Source: Octopus sinensis
Lineage: Eukaryota
Reading direction: 5' to 3'
Length of the DNA stretch: 64,000 bases
NCBI RefSeq assembly: GCF_006345805.1
Contig: NC_043023.1
Coordinates: 12,586,001-12,650,000 of the forward strand
The notes under the pieces are model-generated. The model was not told the origin of the DNA. It was given only the letters and a program-made list of their open reading frames with translations, and did no database searches. The position numbers and the translations under genes were made by a program. This document shows, piece by piece, positions 57,575-64,000 of the stretch. Each line of letters opens with the position of its first letter. Within the stretch, counting starts at the first letter, position 1.

Positions 57575-58678
57575 ATACAAGTATATTTGTAGTGAATCTT
57601 GAAGTAGATTGGATCCATCCTTGCCAAAATTTTATCTAACACTTCACCAAAATTTTTCGCACGGCAGAACAATAGAGAAATCTCTATACAGAATGTTGTA
57701 AAAGTTTCAATGCCTCAATGGATTCTGACCCCTGCAAACATAGACATTAAATGGATGACAGTGTTGATGTTGTAAGATTTGCAATGTTGAATTACTATGT
57801 CGTTTAATGATTCTCTTTATCTCACTGCTTCTGTTTTTTCTATTTCAGAATATAACATCCTGTTGATATGAAAGAAATTACTTCATTCACATGTGCCTCT
57901 GATATTTATCAGCTCCCATCAACCAAAGGAAGATGATATATTTATAAGGAGCATTCATCAATACATCAAACTCATCTTATAAAGGAAATCTGTGAAAAAC
58001 AACAGCAAAATATTTCTTCTGGACGATGGAATTAACAGCAACAATTTGAAGTCTTTGCTGTCTGGAATATAGAGGAGATGATTGTTTTACAGGTTAATTA
58101 AGCTTGGATAACTTTACAAAGGGGTAGACAATTGTCACCTCTTGATTTAGATATTAAGCAAAATCACAGATGAAAGAAGCATAGCATTAAATTATTCTCT
58201 GCAAATAGCAACACAAATATATTCATAGAAATGAATTTTTTTCCTATTTCAGAATATCATACCATGTTGATTTAAAAGAAATTTCTTCATTCAGATGTGT
58301 GTCTGATATTTTGATTGACTTTCATCAATTAAAGGAAGACCATATATTCATAAGGCACATTCATCAAAACATCAGCCTCTTTATATAAATAAAATATTTG
58401 ACGAACGATGGGGAAATATTTCTTCTGGATGATGGAATTAAGAGCAACATTTTTTTTGCCATCTGGAATGTAGAGATGATGATGAACCTACAGGTTAAGT
58501 TTGAGTAACTTTACAAAAGAGTTAACCAATTTATATCTTCTGTTTTAGATATTAAGCAAGATCACCAATGAAAGTAACATAACATTTAATTATTCTCTGA
58601 TGCATTTGAACACAAACATTCATAGAAATGAAACAGATACTATCATTGTGATATGTATAACGAAATTATTCTCTCATA

Positions 58679-59716
58679 ATGAATAATTCAACTAAAGCAA
58701 AAATCTCTGATAAAATAGAGAAGCCATATCATTGTGATATCTGTGGTAAATCATTCTCCAGAAGTAATCATTTGTCTGGTCACAAACGTGTTCATACAGG
58801 AGAGAAGCCATATCACTGTGATATCTGTGGTAAGTCATTCTCTGAAAGTTATAATCTAAGAAGGCACAGACGTGTTCATACTGGAGAAAAACCATATCAC
58901 TGTGATATCTGTGGTAACTCATTCTCTAAAAGTGGTAATCTACGTAGGCACATACATGTTCATACTGGAGACAAACCTTATAAGTGTGATATCTGTAGTA
59001 AATCATTTTCTGACAAAAGCTCTTTAACTCATCACAAATTTATTCATACTGGGGAAAAGCCGCATCAGTGTGATATCTGTGGTAAATCATTTTCTCGAAG
59101 TGCTGACTTACCTAAACACAAACGTACTCATACAGGAGAGAAACCATATCAGTGTGATATCTGTGGTAAATCATTTTCTCGAAGAGCTGATTTACCTAGA
59201 CACAAACGTACTCATACAGGAGAGAAGCCATACCATTGTGATATCTGTGGTGAATCATTTTCTAGAAGTAACATTTTAACTGATCACAAACTTATTCATA
59301 CAGGAGAGAAGCCATACCATTGTGATATCTGCGGTAAATCATTCACTACAAATAGTAATTTGACTAGTCATATACGTATTCATACTGGGGAAAAACCATA
59401 TCAGTGTGATATCTGTGGTGAATCATTCTCTGAAATTGGCACTTTAACCCGACACGTACGTACTCATACAGGAGAGAAACCATATCAGTGTGATATCTGT
59501 GGTAAATCATTTTCTCGAAGTGGTAACTTAAATAAACACAAACGTACACATACTGGAGAAAAGCCCCATCAGTGTGATATCTGTGGTAAATCATTTTTTC
59601 GGCCTTGTTCTTTAAAAGGGCACAAATGTATTCATACAGGTGAGAAGCCATATCATTGCGATATCTGTGGTAAATCATTCTCTGAAAATAGCCATTTAGC
59701 AAACCACTACAAATAG
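58679..59716 (+). CDS. ZNF8: 345-aa C2H2 protein, 11 complete fingers plus a 12th truncated by a deletion junction
   Basis: ORF is intact until ENSHL, then reads ANHYK* through non-finger sequence. The terminal fingers and 3' retroposon are missing. Confidence 0.8.
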   Translation: MNNSTKAKISDKIEKPYHCDICGKSFSRSNHLSGHKRVHTGEKPYHCDICGKSFSESYNLRRHRRVHTGEKPYHCDICGNSFSKSGNLRRHIHVHTGDKPYKCDICSKSFSDKSSLTHHKFIHTGEKPHQCDICGKSFSRSADLPKHKRTHTGEKPYQCDICGKSFSRRADLPRHKRTHTGEKPYHCDICGESFSRSNILTDHKLIHTGEKPYHCDICGKSFTTNSNLTSHIRIHTGEKPYQCDICGESFSEIGTLTRHVRTHTGEKPYQCDICGKSFSRSGNLNKHKRTHTGEKPHQCDICGKSFFRPCSLKGHKCIHTGEKPYHCDICGKSFSENSHLANHYK

Positions 59717-60422
59717 CAAGACATCCAAGAGAAAAAAAATGTTTTATTTTGACACATTCTACCAGTAAACGAAGTTTTAAAGTGTTGAGTTAACTAGAAA
59801 TTGTGTTGAAAACTGCCGTTCAAAAGGAAAAGATCCCTCAACAAAGCTATTGACGAAAGAAATATTGTGAAGCATTTTGTCTGGCATGCTAGTGACCCTG
59901 CCAGTAAATAATGGGATTATGTAAACCCTTCAATGTTAAAGTAATCATATAGAAGTGAAAACGGATCTTTTCGGTTTGAACGGCAGTTTTTTCGAGTGGT
60001 GCCATATGAAATTGTCACCCATAATTACGACCATGGTATCAATCTATTGCATTTCAATCTGTTTTAGGGGAAGGGTATATTTTTTTTTTCACAAATATAA
60101 ATAAACCAAATCTGTTTCTTAAACGAGGGACATATTCATACGGCATAGAATGTTTTTTTTTACCTAAATAAACGTCAGTGATTGGTTGAAATTGCAGAAA
60201 TTGAAGAAAAAACAACAACAAATATCTTACAAACTATAGAATTTTCTCAATAAAGCCAAGAGAAAAATGTTTTATAAACACATTCTACCAGTATACGAAG
60301 TTTAAAAGTGTTTAGTTACGTGGAAATTATTTTCAAAAACTGCCGGTCAAACCGAAATGATCCCCAAAAGGTATCCAAGCATTGTTCTTTAGATGAGAGA
60401 GAAGTGTGAAGGAAGGACAATG

Positions 60423-60581
60423 ATTGGACAGGAGAGAAAATGACGTCAGAAACGTATCGGAAGTGCAACGGCCTGACGTCACATCAGGAAGATATAAGTC
60501 AAAGATGCCTTCTTTCTTTCGGTGTCTGAGTCGGGGTCCAGTTCGTGCGCTGGAAACGGTCGTAGATTAGAATATGTGAGT
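60423..60581 (+). promoter_or_regulatory. Putative ZNF9 promoter and first exon
   Basis: Same motifs. Donor 60576, acceptor ending 62631. Confidence 0.68.
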
Positions 60582-61210
60582 GTATATATTCTATATTACC
60601 TTGAAGGTAAAATCGTTGACAGAATGGGACAAAGAAGACACTGGAACGAAACGAACCAGTCATAGAAAATTGAAGAACTATAACCATATGAAGGGATATA
60701 ACTTTCCTTAATGAATTAATTAAGGTGCTTAATTAACGATCACTGACTCGTTGTTCGTATCTGAATACGGTAAGTTGACAAATATTTATTTTAAGGCTGT
60801 AATGATGATGATAATACCAATAATGATAAGGTACTACTAGCGAACAGTGGTCCCGGTGCGAGCACTCGCGTTAGCTAGTCGTAAATAGTCGAATCTACAA
60901 TTTTTAAAACTAAGTAAATACATTATTTTTGTAAACAAACTAAGGTTAGGGTTAAAAAGTCGTAGGATCGACTACATACGATTAGCTAGCGCGAGTGCGC
61001 GCACCGGGACCACTGTTCGCTAGTAGTACCGCGCACCTCTCCAAGATAATGACGCTTACTTGTGAGAAAAAGTTAGGAAATGGGAAATATATCCAGAATA
61101 CATAAAGTATGGAGAAAATTAGAAAGATTGATCTATTTTTTAAATATTTTATACTAAAAAATAAAATACGGAGAACGGGCACTCGCGAATATAAACAAAC
61201 AGACAAGGGT

Positions 61211-61482
61211 GTAAGAGTTAGCAGTTCCTTCTCTAAGCTTGGATTCGAAATCGAATCCAAGAATCATCGGTCGTCAAATACCAATGCATGTATAGGCGCG
61301 AAATTAAGAATCCCTTTGTTCTGACAAAACTGATTGATCATCTCCCTTTGACCTCCGACCTGAGCAATGTCAGGACAAAGGGATTCTTAATTTCGCGCCT
61401 ATACATGCATTGGTATTTGACGACCGATGATTCTTGGACTCGATTTCGAATCAAGCTTAGAGAAGGAAGTGCTAACTCTTAC
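61211..61482. mobile_element. Same foldback MITE, unit 9 intron
   Basis: Same site. Right TSD mutated to AAGAGT. Confidence 0.88.
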
Positions 61483-63266
61483 AAGAGTACTATTTAAGAA
61501 GTGAGGTCCCGGTGCGCACATCTGCAGTAGCTAGTCGTGACTAGTCGATCCTTTCTTTGTACTCTTGTTTATTTACTTTGTTTAAAAAAATGAGAGTAAC
61601 TTCGGTATAGGTACCGGAGGTACCAGATACATTTCAAGAAAGTGTCTTTTCTTTATATATATATGGGGGGTTGTGGTTAAGGTTTGTGTTAGAGGGGGGG
61701 GGGAAAGCCATTCATGGTACCTATACCGAAGGATCGCCAAAAAATTACTTATTTTGTGTTTTATTTACTTTGGTAGGTAGTCGCTGTAGGATCGACTAGT
61801 CACGACTAACTCTTTTTAAATAATACCGGAGAAAATTAGAACGATTAATCTATTTTTTTAACTATTTTACACTAAAAAATAAAATACGCAGAACGGGCAC
61901 TCGCGAATATAAACAAACATGTATGTACGTATACGTATGTATTTATGCATATATATGTATTATTATGTATATATATATGTGTGTGTGTAAGGGTGAAGGA
62001 AATTGAATATTAATTAATAACATCAATTTCGTATGGAGTTTGGCGTTTGGTTCAGCAAATTATGTTTTTGATATACTCTACCGATGATTCGAAAATGATT
62101 TGTAAGTAAAATTACACAATCTATTAATGATGAAACAATTGTATAGAGTTAATCCATTTTTTCGTTATTTTTCATTTGTCCTGCCCCCTTACATTCTTGG
62201 CATGTTGAATTAATGCTTGAGAACAATTCGTTAGTGGTGGATTCCCTTTGCCGATCTATTTCTAGCGTTAGAGTGACCATATGTGGTCCCTCTCTTAATA
62301 CTTGTATGTATATATATATATATATATATATACATGTGTGTGTGTGTGTATACAAATATATTTGCAGTGAATCTGGCACGCATGAAGTAGATTGGATCCA
62401 TCCTTGCCAAAATTTTAATTAACCCTTCACCAAATTTTTCCCACGGCAGAATAATAGAGAAATCTCTATACAGAATGTTGTAAAAGTTTCAATGCCTCAA
62501 TGGATTCTGACCCCTGCAAACATAGACATTAAATGGATGACAGTGTTGATGTTGTAAGATTTGCAATGTTGAATTTCTATGTCGTTTAATGATTCTCTTT
62601 ATCTCACTGCTTCTTTTTTTTTCTATTTCAGAATATTACATCCTGTTGATATGAAAGAAATTACTTCATTCAGATGTGCCTCTAATATTCTATCAGCTCC
62701 CATCAACCAAAGGAAGATGATATATTTATACGGAGCATTCATCAATACATCAAACTCATCTTATAAAGGAAATCTGTGAAAAACAACAGCAAAATATTTC
62801 TTCTGGACGATGGAATTAACAGCAACAATTTGAAGTCTTTGCTGTCTGGAATATAGAGGAGATGATTGTTTTACAGGTTAATTAAGCTTGGATGACTTTA
62901 CAAAGGGGTAGACAATTGTCACCTCTTGATTTAGATATTAAGCAAAATCTCAGATGAAAGAAGCATAGCATTAAATTATTCTCTGAAAATAGCAACACAA
63001 TATATTCATAGAAATGAATTTTTTTCCTATTTCAGAATATACCATGTTGATTTAAAAGAAAATTCTTCATTCAGATGTGTGTCTGATATTTTTATTGACT
63101 TTCATCAATTAAAGGAAGGCCATATATTCATAAGGCACATTCATCAATACATCAGCTTCTTTATATAAATAAAATCTTTGACGAACGATGGGGAAATATT
63201 TCTTCTGGATGATGGAATTAAGAGCAACTATCATTGTGATATGTATAATGAAATTATTCTCTCATA

Positions 63267-64000
<734 letters not shown>

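Overview
AT-rich animal genomic DNA made up entirely of a tandem, head-to-tail (+ strand) cluster of nine C2H2 zinc-finger (ZNF) gene units spaced about 4.6-9.7 kb apart. The organism is most likely an octopus or other coleoid cephalopod; I infer this from recalled SINE/retroposon sequences and the finger style, not from a search. Units 2-9 each show a conserved promoter (CCAAT, two CRE, ETS), a probable short first exon, a ~1.8-2.1 kb intron packed with inverted-repeat elements, a ~0.8 kb leader (shorter in unit 9) and one coding exon (16-aa N-terminus plus 11-21 TGEKP-linked fingers, no KRAB/SCAN/ZAD/SET domain). Unit 1's promoter lies upstream of the window. Seven units have a retroposon 3' tail just after the finger array. 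ZNF3, 5 and 6 are full length. ZNF2/4 and ZNF8 are truncated but keep long ORFs. ZNF1, 7 and 9 are frameshifted. Bases ~9.1-38.9 kb are a near-identical 14.9-kb tandem duplication (ZNF2+3 = ZNF4+5). Notable extras: combinatorial finger shuffling between paralogs, recurrent proline inside the recognition helix, a start codon recruited inside a decayed finger, a fossil of an older gene unit, a 10 x 147-bp promoter-proximal satellite made from a MITE end, a 274-bp foldback element marking units 7-9, 111-bp hairpins made from a retroposon tail, and a ~0.9-kb palindrome. No rRNA, tRNA gene, CRISPR array or autonomous transposase/RT ORF was found. All functional ideas below are inference.
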